Positions 19,590 to 29,658 are shown, numbered from the stretch's first letter. The stretch: 64,000 nucleotides of DNA from an uncultured bacterium (GCA_963749495.1 CAVVMW010000023.1:416001-480000), one strand, 5' to 3'. Translations and numbers: made by a program. The notes: a model not told the origin generated them from the letters alone.

Positions 19590-21035
19590 ATGACGAAAAC
19601 TCTGCTGTCCCGCACTTGGGTTCTTGGCATGACGAAAAGGAACTGCACGCTATCGGCCCTGGCCTTGCTTGCGCTCGCTGGGGGAGGCACTCAAATCGCC
19701 GCCCAGTCAACTTATACACCTTACGCTTTTACCAACTTCGCCGGGATGCCGGGCGTTTCCGGCAGCGCGGACGGCGCAGGAGGCGCGGCGCGGTTTTCGA
19801 TCCCAGAGGGCGTGGCGGTGGACAGCGGAGGCAGCATTTATGTGGCGGACACCAGCAATCAGACGATTCGCAAGATCACGCCCGCAGGCGTGGTGACGAC
19901 GCTGGCGGGGCTGGCCGGGAACACTGGCACCAATGACGGCGCGGGAAGCGCGGCGCGGTTCAGAGGCCCCATCGCCGTGGCAGTGGACAGCACGCGCAGC
20001 ATCTATGTGGCGGAATGGGGCAACTGCACGATTCGCAAGATCACGCCCGCAGGCGTGGTGACGACGCTCGCGGGTCGGGCCGGGAGTTATGGCAGCGCGG
20101 ACGGCACGGGGAGTGCGGCGCGGTTTGGCAACTCTACCTGTGGCCCCACCGGCGTTGCGGTGGACAGTCACGGCAACGTCTATGTGGCGGATTACGTGAA
20201 CTGCACGATTCGGAAGGTGACGCCCGCAGGCGTGGTGACGACGCTGGCGGGGCTGGCCGCCACTCCTGGTAGCGCGGACGGCACGGGGAGTGCGGCAAGG
20301 TTCTATTGCCCCATCGCCGTGGCGCTGGACAGCACGGGCAACCTCTATGTGACCGACGGACTCAACTCCACCATTCGGAAAGTGACGCCCGCAGGCGTGG
20401 TGACGACGCTGGCGGGCTTGGCTGGCAATCCTGGCAGCGCCGACGGCACGCGCAGTGCGGCGCGGTTCGACTGGCCCCGAGGTTTGGCGGTGGACAGCGC
20501 AGGCAACCTTTATGTGGTGGATACGGACAACAACCGGATCACAAAAGGCACGCCCTCTGTCCCCTATGCTGCCACGGCTACGGCGACGGTCGTGAACGGA
20601 TTTGTAGTGGGCGCTAGTATCACCGACGGCGGCTGCGGGTACACCAATGCGCCCACCGTGAGGATCATTGGCGGCGGCGGTAGTGGGGCGCAGGCCGTGG
20701 CTGTGATGACCAACGGGGCCGTCATTGCTGTCAAAGTTCTGGATGCGGGTTCCGGCTACGCCGACACGCCTGTCATAGTCATCGCGCCGCCGTTCATTCC
20801 GCAACCGACTATGGCGATTGCCGCCCTGTTCTTTGGACCGCTGGTGACTCCTGTTCTCGAACTAAACGTGGCTAACCTCTCGCCTTACGACAACTACGAA
20901 CTCCAATTTACGCCGGCTGCCGGGGTTGGCTGGACCAATCTCGGCGCCCCGTTCACTCCTTCGGGGACCACGAGCACCCAGTACGGCAACGCCAGCGGCA
21001 AGGCTGGATTCTTCCGCGTGCAATACATGCCGTAG
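19590..21035 (+). CDS. Secreted NHL-repeat beta-propeller protein
   Basis: Signal peptide; repeated VAVDS.G.IYVAD..N.TIRKITPAGVVTTLAG units; C-terminal FFRV motif. Confidence 0.9.
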   Translation: MTKTLLSRTWVLGMTKRNCTLSALALLALAGGGTQIAAQSTYTPYAFTNFAGMPGVSGSADGAGGAARFSIPEGVAVDSGGSIYVADTSNQTIRKITPAGVVTTLAGLAGNTGTNDGAGSAARFRGPIAVAVDSTRSIYVAEWGNCTIRKITPAGVVTTLAGRAGSYGSADGTGSAARFGNSTCGPTGVAVDSHGNVYVADYVNCTIRKVTPAGVVTTLAGLAATPGSADGTGSAARFYCPIAVALDSTGNLYVTDGLNSTIRKVTPAGVVTTLAGLAGNPGSADGTRSAARFDWPRGLAVDSAGNLYVVDTDNNRITKGTPSVPYAATATATVVNGFVVGASITDGGCGYTNAPTVRIIGGGGSGAQAVAVMTNGAVIAVKVLDAGSGYADTPVIVIAPPFIPQPTMAIAALFFGPLVTPVLELNVANLSPYDNYELQFTPAAGVGWTNLGAPFTPSGTTSTQYGNASGKAGFFRVQYMP

Positions 21036-21566
21036 CGCGCACATTATGGCGCACCGGTAGCCAGCTCCAGCCCCCGCACCAGCCGGGTTGGGGCAACGGC
21101 CCATCGCCTTGCGAAAGCTTGAACTGGCGTCCAGTATGGTTTACGGTTGGCCATGCCGCTATTTACCGCAGAGACCGCCCGCGACTTGAAAGAGTGGATG
21201 TAAAACCCAATGCTCGCAAGTTCCTCGATGAGCCTCGGCTCTCAATGGTGGAGTGCGAGCAGATGTTCCAGGGGCGCCTGGCGGCCATAAAAGGGTTCGA
21301 GGAGGCGAAGAACACTCTGCTTTAGGGCGCGGAGCCTCAGAATCAGAGGTGGCCGGAGCGTGCCCTCGCAGGGGGAGGAGGGGCGCCGCCCGCTCGAACC
21401 GGAAGGGCAGCGCGTTCTCCCCGCCGCGGCCCAGGATGACGGATGAGCGGACTTCGTCAGGTGTCGTTCTTTGCGTATTCATATCAGGGCGATGAGGTTG
21501 CGCCCCGAGCCGACCCAGGGGTCCATTGGCCGCTGCGCCGTCAATGACGGCATGTCGCCACTTTCC

Positions 21567-22945
21567 CTACTTCCTCTCCTCTTCTTGGTTTTCACTATGG
21601 ATTAAGGAAACTGGTGTCAGGGTGTCATCCGGGCCGCTTGGTCCTGGGCGATTGATCTGCCATTGCCGGACGTTGGCAGTCCGGGCGTCCTCTACGCGCC
21701 GCGGCCGCTTTTTGGCCAGTCGGCCCAGGTAGGTCCCACACGCGTTGTCCCAGGAGAGCAGGCGCCGGGCTTCATAACCCATGGTCGAGCCAACAAGCTG
21801 GCGCTCCAGGGCCTCGGCAGTCAGGACGCGAGGGCCGGGGCCGGCTGGGGACCACCAAACAGGATGGCATCGATCAGGGAGAGCAGCCGCAATTCGGGAG
21901 ACAGCGCGTCCAGAGCGTCCAGCAAGTGGGGGTGCTGCCAGGTCTTAATGCCAAACCGGGGGCACCTGAGGTTGTGGGGAATTTGCCAGCGCCGCAGGTA
22001 GGCCACAAATGCGGGAAGCTCCGCGATCAAAGCCTGCCAAAAGCGCGCTTTGGCCTGCGGCGTGTCGGTCGGCATCGGCATCGGGCGCCAGGCGGTCCGG
22101 AGGAGCATGATTTTGTCGCTGAGCGATTCATCAATGGGTGGTAGGACAAGCAGGTTTTCCGGTTCATCATTCAGGGAAATGGTCAGCCGCCAGAACGGCC
22201 GCAAGCTGAGGGCCTGCCGGTTCTTCGCGTGGCACGATTGGACTTCGTTGACGGTGAACTCTTTGATCCTCGCTCCAAACTCCCGCCGGGAGCGGAAGTC
22301 GGTACTGCCGGACTCGTCCTCGACCATCAGGTGCTCCGCACAAAACAAGTCTCCGTTGAATGGCGTTGCCACACTCATGTAGCGGTAAGGCTTGGCAGCC
22401 CGCCCGCCCAGTATCTCGGTGGTGAGATTCTGCCAGAGGGACTTTCCGCTTCTGCGCGGGCCAGCCATCGCAAATGCCTGGCCGGGGGTTCGGATGCCTC
22501 TCCTAAGGGCATCGTCGCCGGCCTTTAGCCAGCCCAGGACAAACGGGCGCTGGTCAGCAACCGGGTCAACAAACAGGTTCTCAAGCAACTGCGAGAGGAC
22601 GGGGAAGTCACCGGCTTGCGGCTTCAAAGGGCGTGGCGATGTCGTCACCAGAATGCGGCTGCCACACATTTCGACAACGCCCTTTTGGGAACCCGCCAGC
22701 GGTCCGGCATAGGCCACCGCCCATTCCATCTGGTAGCCGTTCAATGCCTCGTCAATTTCGCTGAGCAGGGAACCCGGGGAACACTCAGGGGAAAGGGCAG
22801 TAGCCTTGAGGTGGCGCCGCAGGCTGGTCTCGGTCAGTTCAATCCAGTTCTCTCGGCGGTCGAGCACCCAGTACCCTTTGCGGGCGCCGTCGTAACACGC
22901 CTTCAGGCGCGGGAGGGCTTCAACGGGCGAGCCGTTGTTTTTCAT
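21567..22945 (-). CDS. SF3/D5-like helicase (frameshift near 21840)
   Basis: Walker A GPRRSGKS, Walker B LMVEDE, motif C ISLN; C-terminus continues in ORF 21567..21782; ATGA overlap with primase. Confidence 0.75.
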
Positions 22946-23905
22946 GGGCACCCCCCCAGGTCCAGGTGAAGCAAGCTCTGAGTGCGGCCATCCCGATTCC
23001 CACCGGGGAGGCGGCAGGGCTGGGAGAGGCGAAACAGTGCGGGGTCGCAACCGAGCGCGGGCAGGATGATTTTCAGCTCGTCCAGGGCCGCAGGCGGCGG
23101 AGGCTCGAACCAGCCATGAAGGCTCTTGCCAGCCGTGTCCACGATAGCGCGGAGCCGGGTGAACTGCTCAACCCATCGGAAGACAGCGCAGATTTCGTCC
23201 TTCCGCAAGGTGTCGCTCTCCAATACCAGGTAGCGCCGCAGAACGACGGTGGCGTCACACCTTGAGTCCGTGCCGGGCTTGAAGGTGGACGGGCAGGTGA
23301 ACAATCCGGGCACCGCCCTTTCGGCGAGCCACTCCAGAGGCCGGCCTGAATCTCGTCCGGCAGAATTCCCGCCAGTGTTCACCATGCTGATCGTTGGCGC
23401 TGTGCTTGGTGGTTGCCGCAATCCACATCACATCATCCGGCTGGAACAGCCGCAGTAGAAGCCGCCAATCATCCGTTGGGTCGGCGCTGAACAGATCAAC
23501 GGGTGAGCGTTCCGCGTAGTCGGCCACCCCGCAACGGTACTCCCGCAAGACAGCGTTGGCGGCGGCGGTTGCTCTCGCCTCGATACGGAATGTACGCTTT
23601 TGCGCTTCTATCCGCTGGCGTTGCCCTGCCGTGATGCCCGGGCCTTTGATCGTACCGCTCCCGCTTACTCTTAGCGGCTGGCGGGCGGGTTTTGAGTAGG
23701 CGCTTGCAATGGTCCTCCGGGCCTCCTGCTCCGGCAGGCCGTCCCGCATTGCCCGGGGGAGCAGCAGGGATTCGGATTCGGCCTGGCTGTGGCCAGCGTC
23801 CCTGCACTGGCAGGCAGCGGCGAGCAGTTCCTCTTTGCGCTGGCCCTCTGGCGCCCCGTGGGCGATGTAGCCGGCTGTGCGTTTGGCGAGCGGGCGTTCA
23901 ATCAT
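22942..23905 (-). CDS. Primase, PriCT-like helical domain plus RepB-primase-like domain (frameshift near 23340)
   Basis: G.R...L.AAA..RD.G...GL...E...TI.SAY N-domain; LVLESD, DTAGKSLHGWF, QPCRLPG catalytic motifs. Confidence 0.7.
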
Positions 23906-24194
23906 GCGGACTCGTTGATTGGCGGCGAAACCGGCCAGAGGGGCGATGGGGCGGCGGCGTGGCCGGTAGTTCAGGCGGGACTGGCGGAAAGTGGTCATTG
24001 GGGCACTTGATCGGAGGACGATTGGGTGTTGACGGCGTGGCCGGTCGTGATACGCTCGGGCAGGCTGGAGATGTTCGGATTTGCACCGAATGCACCACAG
24101 GTCCAGAGCCGGGCGCAGCAGTGAGCCATCCCCATCCCGTTTCGGCGCGTTCGGCTTGCGGGCAGGGCGCGCCAAATCGTTTGGTGGTTCTCAC
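23898..24194 (-). CDS. Small Pro-rich hypothetical protein
   Basis: Coupled on both sides (GTGA overlap upstream, stop overlaps primase start). Confidence 0.35.
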   Translation of the reverse strand: MRTTKRFGAPCPQAERAETGWGWLTAAPGSGPVVHSVQIRTSPACPSVSRPATPSTPNRPPIKCPNDHFPPVPPELPATPPPHRPSGRFRRQSTSPHD

Positions 24195-24370
24195 GCGGTT
24201 TCGCTTTCTGTCTGCGCTTGGCGCGGAATCGGCGCCGGGGCGGTGGTCATCAGCGCGACCAAGTCGGTCTCGAGGAAACCCGACGCTCTGACCCGGCCCG
24301 GCAATTTCCGCTTTGGCAAGGCGCCACTCGCGGCGAGCTTATCGATCGTACCGGGGCGCTCTGCGCCCAT
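24191..24370 (-). CDS. AlpA/excisionase (RdfS)-like small DNA-binding protein, not in the ORF track
   Basis: MGAERPGTIDKLAASGALPKRKLPGRVRASGFLETDLVALM resembles a winged HTH; heads the primase operon. Confidence 0.55.
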   Translation of the reverse strand: MGAERPGTIDKLAASGALPKRKLPGRVRASGFLETDLVALMTTAPAPIPRQAQTESETA

Positions 24371-24572
24371 TGCTGGAGAGGACTATAGGCGTACACAGGA
24401 CGCAGTTCACGATTGGCCGGGCAAGTTACAGAAGAAAGGCGAGCAGGGGCGCAAACGCCCTGATTTTACGTGCGTTTGGGGGGGCGCTGGGAGGGTTCGG
24501 TTTGGAAGTGGAAACCCTTTCAACCTCTTTTTCAGGCTTGAAATCCCCCCGGGAAACGGTCATCTTCAAGGT

Positions 24573-24986
24573 GTGAGCGACGAACTTTTGAATTTTGTGA
24601 ACGGGTGCCAGGTTGCGGAGATGGCGAGGGCCGGCAGGGAACTTGATTCAAGCTTGTCCGACTCCTGCCGAATTTTCGGGGAGCACGTGCGCAGCGTCCA
24701 GGCCGTTGTGATTCACACGTATCAGCTTACTGCCGCCGCGTTGCTCCGAAAAGAAGACGCGGGCGAGGCCGCCCAACTCTGGAAGGAGATAAGGGACTTG
24801 TGCCGCTCGGCATTAAAGGAGTTAAAGGAACTCAAGGACGTTTATCCAGAATGCGGCACACCGGAGTTGTACAATCTTACCCTGGATTACATGCTGGAGG
24901 CGGACAAACGGTATTACCAGAACTTAGAGGACTCAGAATGTGCCAAGACCCCACTCCCCCAGGGGTTGTTTCCAGAGACGAATTAG
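24573..24986 (+). CDS. Hypothetical helical protein
   Basis: GTG start, VSDELLNF...; overlaps next ORF. Confidence 0.6.
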   Translation: MSDELLNFVNGCQVAEMARAGRELDSSLSDSCRIFGEHVRSVQAVVIHTYQLTAAALLRKEDAGEAAQLWKEIRDLCRSALKELKELKDVYPECGTPELYNLTLDYMLEADKRYYQNLEDSECAKTPLPQGLFPETN

Positions 24987-25210
24987 ATCGCCTCGTCGCC
25001 CTGTTTGGGCAGTTTGAGGGCGCCGCCCGCCCGCTGTCTCGTGCGTGCCACGAAGCCGAAGCGGAGTTTACCGCCCTGGTTGAACAGATCTACTCCCAGA
25101 AGGTAAAACCAGTGTGCGAAAGCGTCCCTCTCTCCCGGTTCCGAAGCTACGTGCGTCTCCAGTGCCGCCGCCGGATTTCCAAGCAAGGACCACCATTCCC
25201 CTGCGCCTGA
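24938..25210 (+). CDS. Hypothetical small protein
   Basis: MCQDPTPPG...; overlaps upstream ORF by 49 bp. Confidence 0.5.
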   Translation: MCQDPTPPGVVSRDELDRLVALFGQFEGAARPLSRACHEAEAEFTALVEQIYSQKVKPVCESVPLSRFRSYVRLQCRRRISKQGPPFPCA

Positions 25211-25217
25211 GGACCAT

Positions 25218-26603
25218 TTACGGGATCTTCCCGGCGGCAGCAGCGAAGAAATCCATCTCAGCGATTTCCTTGTTTTGTTGAACCCAATGGGCGAGGTTCT
25301 TGTCGGGTCGGCCAAAGAAGTCGTCAAGTTCATGTAGGCGCCGGCTTGCGCTACGCTGACGGTTTCGCAGTTCAGAGAGGGTGCCGCAACGGGCAAGCAA
25401 GCAACGAGCCTCCTCCGATTTCTTGCCGAGGACCTGGCCCGCCTTGACAATATCGTTTGCCGCGAGCCCGAGCCAGTCGTCAACCCTGCCAGCCGATTTT
25501 GGGGCGTTGCTTTTTGGCCGGAGGTGCTTTGCCGGATCGAAGCACGGGCTGGTGACCTTTTTCCACAGCGGGAAGCCATTGGCATCACCCTGAACGGTCC
25601 CGTCAGGATTGCGCACCGGTTCCGTAAATTCCACTCGCTGGGTCTTCCAGTGCCGCACGCAGCGGCGGAGCCACTTTTTGCGCTCCGGTGCTTTGAGTTG
25701 CGTGTGGAACGCCGCAAGCAGTCTATGCCTGGTGCAGGTTGCCGGGGCGAGGAAGATGGCGAACGGGGGAATGTCCGAGGGAATAATGCGGACTTCGCTC
25801 CTCGCGAGTCGCTTTGTGCCGGAGTCGGGTGCAGGCTTCCAAAACTCCGGTTGTTCTCTGAGCACAGCCAGGAGTTGGTCTCGGCTTGCCCTGGTGTCGA
25901 AGTAGATCGAGAGGCAGTGCCGGAGGGCAGGGCGGTCCCAATAGGAGGCGTGGCCGGCCACCGGGGCGTGGGTGTCGAGAGCACGAAAGAAGGAGCAGTC
26001 GGAAGCTTGTACCAACGGCGGGGCGAAGTGAGGGGTAGGGCTGACAAAGATCTTGTGGGCGGGATTGCGCGCGACGGTGCAAGGGCGAATGGACGGCTTG
26101 AATTCGGGTGCGGGAGTCTGCCGAGGCAGAGTGTATTCTCGGTTCACTTTGAAGGCATTCCCCCGGCCAATGACATAGCCCAGGGCGATCAGTCGTTGTT
26201 CTTCGGAGTGTTCAAGCCAGGTCAATGCTGGGTCAAAGCCGTGCATCAAGAAATCAAAGCAGGGGGCGGGTGTGGCCTCTCTGACCCGCTGGAACAGGTG
26301 CGCGAGACGGGCCCGCGAAGCTTCACGGGCCGCGTCGTCAAGCCCTGCCTGGTGTTGTTGCGCAAGGAATTGCTTGCGGGTCATGGGGCGCCGACAAGCC
26401 TCCTCACCTGTCCGGCTCGCTTGGTCGCCGAGAAAGGCGGCGCGTTCACGCACGCACTTCCGCCACAGGGCCGGATAGGACTTTGTGCGCCGAAGCGTTT
26501 CCCAGGCGAGGGCGGCGGCCTTGGTCTTTTCGCTGGCATTTGCCGGATTAAACCACCACCACTTATCCCGCAGGCGGGGCGCTGGCTTCGTATTCTGACT
26601 CAT
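25218..26603 (-). CDS. Putative FseA-like (DUF6499-type N-terminus) transcriptional activator
   Basis: N-terminal AWETLRRTKSY resembles the AWEFLRRNxxY motif; helical C-terminus. Confidence 0.5.
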   Translation of the reverse strand: MSQNTKPAPRLRDKWWWFNPANASEKTKAAALAWETLRRTKSYPALWRKCVRERAAFLGDQASRTGEEACRRPMTRKQFLAQQHQAGLDDAAREASRARLAHLFQRVREATPAPCFDFLMHGFDPALTWLEHSEEQRLIALGYVIGRGNAFKVNREYTLPRQTPAPEFKPSIRPCTVARNPAHKIFVSPTPHFAPPLVQASDCSFFRALDTHAPVAGHASYWDRPALRHCLSIYFDTRASRDQLLAVLREQPEFWKPAPDSGTKRLARSEVRIIPSDIPPFAIFLAPATCTRHRLLAAFHTQLKAPERKKWLRRCVRHWKTQRVEFTEPVRNPDGTVQGDANGFPLWKKVTSPCFDPAKHLRPKSNAPKSAGRVDDWLGLAANDIVKAGQVLGKKSEEARCLLARCGTLSELRNRQRSASRRLHELDDFFGRPDKNLAHWVQQNKEIAEMDFFAAAAGKIP

Positions 26604-26705
26604 GGGCACCTTCACAGTTTGCCCGCCGGGGAGCGTGAAGGCGCTGCCCCGGCAGGGCTTCCCCGGCTGATCGGGCCGGGGCGAATCGTCACGCTCAATT
26701 TCGCC

Positions 26706-27332
26706 TCACCGAAGACCGAGGTTCAGCCGTTGTCTGCAACCCAGGTTAATCATGCGGCGCCTCGCGGCTTGGAAACTGACGTTGTGTTCGCGGGCCAGGG
26801 CGGCAACGATTTGATCCACCAGAATGTGGCCGCGCTGGTCCACCAACTTGCCGGCCAGGTTCTCGACGAGTGCCTCGACGGCGCTCTTGGGCATCAGTAT
26901 CGCGGACGCCAGGGCCTTGGCATTGCTTTCCATGAACGCCCGCGTCTGCTCGTCGAGCAAGCCCTCGATTCGCAGGCGGGCCTCGATTGTCCGGCATTGG
27001 GCAAAGAGATCGCGGTGAACGAGGAAGTGGGCCAATTCTTCCGCCAGCGTGAAGCGGTACTTCCTCTCGAACCTGGCTTCGTTCATCAATCCGGCATCAA
27101 TGAAAATAACGGTGGCCGTGGTGTTGATGAAGGCGTATGTGTCCCACCGGCTCTTTAGGTCCGCGAAGGTGGCAATCTTCATTCCGAACCTCTCCAGGAT
27201 AAGCCGCTCGATGTCCACGCGGGGGCCTCGGAAACAGCGTTCTGCGCCCCGAAGGGCCTCCCCCGCGATCCGTTCGAGTTCGTAGAGCCGGTAATCCCGG
27301 ACTCTAATTTTTGGTTGTCCTGTATCGGCCAC
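26706..27332 (-). CDS. ImmA/IrrE family metallopeptidase-like protein
   Basis: YRFTLAEELAHFLVH, ESNAKALASAILMP, HNVSFQAARRR motifs. Confidence 0.85.
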   Translation of the reverse strand: MADTGQPKIRVRDYRLYELERIAGEALRGAERCFRGPRVDIERLILERFGMKIATFADLKSRWDTYAFINTTATVIFIDAGLMNEARFERKYRFTLAEELAHFLVHRDLFAQCRTIEARLRIEGLLDEQTRAFMESNAKALASAILMPKSAVEALVENLAGKLVDQRGHILVDQIVAALAREHNVSFQAARRRMINLGCRQRLNLGLR

Positions 27333-27690
27333 TTCTGAGGTCCTCGATGATGCCCCGCAGTTGTTGCCTGGTCACTTTTTCGTACTCGACTGTGCGCAGC
27401 ATCGCCGGTATGAGGTCATTCTCTTTGACGATCTGCTCGACATCGGCGGGAATTTCATTGCGGCCGCGCGCCGCCAGGTCATGGAATTGAGCAAAATCGG
27501 GCGTGCCGGCTCTCAGGCCCAGGGCCATGCCGATTCGGTCCAGCCCGTCATGGGGAGGAGGGGGCAGGACGTCGCTTTCGATGTTGCAGTAGTTCGACGG
27601 CTGCATCCGGACCTTGCGCGCAAACTCGCGCAGGCTCAGATCGAGCGCCAGCCGCTTCGCCTTTATGAATTGCCCAAATGTCTGTTTCAT
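27304..27690 (-). CDS. XRE family HTH repressor (ImmR-like)
   Basis: FGQFIKAKR..LSLREFARKV..YCNIE HTH; overlaps the ImmA-like gene. Confidence 0.9.
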   Translation of the reverse strand: MKQTFGQFIKAKRLALDLSLREFARKVRMQPSNYCNIESDVLPPPPHDGLDRIGMALGLRAGTPDFAQFHDLAARGRNEIPADVEQIVKENDLIPAMLRTVEYEKVTRQQLRGIIEDLRSGRYRTTKN

Positions 27691-27782
27691 CGGTTTGCGT
27701 ATTAGAACGGTCGCTCGTGCATGTTCTAATCCAATATAACGGCCAGGGCAAGATCCGCAAGCTGATTCTCAGGCCCGGTGAA

Positions 27783-29126
27783 CTACTCCGAAAGGAGGGC
27801 CGACAAGGCGGCTTTCTTCTCGGCCCAGTTGTCGCCGGTGATGCTCTCCGCAATGGCCCGGATTTCGCGCAGGATTGCCGGTTCCTGGGGCTTTGGCGGC
27901 GCAGGCTTGGCATAACCGTCACCTATCAGGGCGGGCAGGGCGGCAACGGCCTGGACGGCGGCAAGCTCGCCAATATGCGTGTAGTGCCGGGTCATGGCCG
28001 GGTTGCTGTGGCCCACGATGGCCTCGACAACAGCCAGAGGCGCATTGCTCTCCCGGCAGAGGGAAACGAACGTGTGCCGCAGGCTGTGGAAACCGACTTC
28101 GAGCACGGCCCGCTTCCTTTCCTCTGACCCTGAGTCCGGCTTTGCGCCGGGGCCGGTCCCCGGCTTATGGAGCGTGATCCCGCAAGCCCGGAAATGGTTC
28201 TGAACAAGGTCCGTCACCGCGTCTGTTCTCCGGCCGTAGAGCGCGGCAGTGTCGGGCAGCACATATTCACCGCGCTTTTCCGCCGGGACTTCGGAAAGCA
28301 TGTCCCGCAAGACCGGATGGATCGGGACAACCACCGGCTTGGGGTTGCGGCGCGCGGTCTTGTTCGGGACGCGCCGGATCAAGGCGCGGTGCAAATCCAC
28401 TTCGCCCCACCGGAGGGTTGCGCAGTCCCCGAGGCGCAAGCCCGAATAGATGCCCACTGCCAGGAGGGTCCGCAGTTCTCCGGTTGCGGCCTTGCACACA
28501 CTCTTTAGCTCGTCCACGGTCAATTCCCGCCGGCTCTGAGTGACGAGCCGCTTGCGGGGAATTTCCGCCCAAGGATTCTCCGCTATCCTGGCCCTGTCCT
28601 TTACGACGCGGAAGACCAGCGTCAGCAGGTTCAAATGCTTGTTGTAGGTGTTCGGGCTGAACCGCCCGCCGTTCAGGCTCGCTGCGTATTCCTCCGCCAC
28701 GGGCTTCGACACGCCCCGGAACGTCAGCAACTCGGCGTGTTTCTCTTTTGCCCAGTCCACGAAGGCGGACCATTGGCACTCGTATTGATAAAGGGTCTCG
28801 CCCCCACTGTCGGGCCGGTTCGGAGAGGTCAGGAAGGCAGTCCAGCCCTGGGCGAGCGGCAACGGTGGATTCTGCTCCGCATCCCATTTTTCAAGCTCGG
28901 CCCGCCGGCCTTCGAGCCGGGCGCCGATGGCTTCCAGGGCCTCGGCTTCATCGGCCACGGCAAACGGCGCCATGAATGCGTCGCGTGCCTGCTCTGCCGC
29001 GCGCCGTGCGGTGATCGGCTGGCCGTTCCCGTCCCGCAGGGCCTTGGCGAAGGATTTGCCGTTGATCTTCCAGGCGACATAGAAGTTATCGCCCCGTTTG
29101 AATAGGCGTCCGGTTCTGCGTTTCAT
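27783..29126 (-). CDS. Tyrosine recombinase/integrase
   Basis: SGLRLGD, NKT, HSLRH, VGHS, HY catalytic residues; next to attR. Confidence 0.95.
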   Translation of the reverse strand: MKRRTGRLFKRGDNFYVAWKINGKSFAKALRDGNGQPITARRAAEQARDAFMAPFAVADEAEALEAIGARLEGRRAELEKWDAEQNPPLPLAQGWTAFLTSPNRPDSGGETLYQYECQWSAFVDWAKEKHAELLTFRGVSKPVAEEYAASLNGGRFSPNTYNKHLNLLTLVFRVVKDRARIAENPWAEIPRKRLVTQSRRELTVDELKSVCKAATGELRTLLAVGIYSGLRLGDCATLRWGEVDLHRALIRRVPNKTARRNPKPVVVPIHPVLRDMLSEVPAEKRGEYVLPDTAALYGRRTDAVTDLVQNHFRACGITLHKPGTGPGAKPDSGSEERKRAVLEVGFHSLRHTFVSLCRESNAPLAVVEAIVGHSNPAMTRHYTHIGELAAVQAVAALPALIGDGYAKPAPPKPQEPAILREIRAIAESITGDNWAEKKAALSALLSE

Positions 29127-29241
29127 TGTTTGCCTTTCTTTCGCTTGTGTTCCGTTCTGTGCCCCTATTTACCCAAACGATGCTCGAAAGGCAATCAAAA
29201 AGAGTACAATCTCTCAGTTTTCCTAGTAAACGCTCGTTTCC

Positions 29242-29301
29242 GGCAGACTGTAAATCTGCTGGCTTACGCCTACGAAGGTTCGAATCCTTCTCCCACCACC
29301 A
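29242..29301 (+). repeat. attR: duplicated 3' 60 bp of tRNA-Tyr
   Basis: Identical to 18796..18855. Confidence 0.95.
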
Positions 29302-29658
29302 CCTCCAAGATACCCCATAAAATCAGGCAAACAGCACTAATTGCCTTCGTGGAGAGAAAAAGTCATCACGCATAGTCATAACAAATTCAAACTTGCCCGC
29401 TGGTGTTCGAAGACGTTCAAGGCTGTCCGGGAAGCGAGCAAATCGACTTCCGATAGGGAGAGCCCTCCACGTTCGTCTCCACCTTTAGCCAGGTCACCCT
29501 CGCTCGGACAAACGACACCGCAACAATCTCCGCCCACGCCACGACCCACCTTCGAATTGACCCCGAGGTGGACCAGATCATCCCTACTCCCCCTGCTTCT
29601 CCTCCTCTGGTTTCGGCCGGTAGAGCACCACAACATTGCCAACCCGGGTGACCAGGTG

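Larger units (their letters stand above)
18796..29301. mobile_element. Integrative element (phage-satellite/IME-like) in tRNA-Tyr
   Basis: 60 bp direct repeat 18796..18855 / 29242..29301; adjacent tyrosine integrase; regulators, primase and helicase inside. Confidence 0.9.

Noticed and set aside
19780..20520. CRISPR-like regularly spaced repeats (also 55920..56650)
   Set aside because: Coding repeats of beta-propeller blades; spacers are homologous and no cas genes are present
29242..29301. Second tRNA-Tyr gene
   Set aside because: Lacks the 5' acceptor strand and D-arm; it is the att duplication
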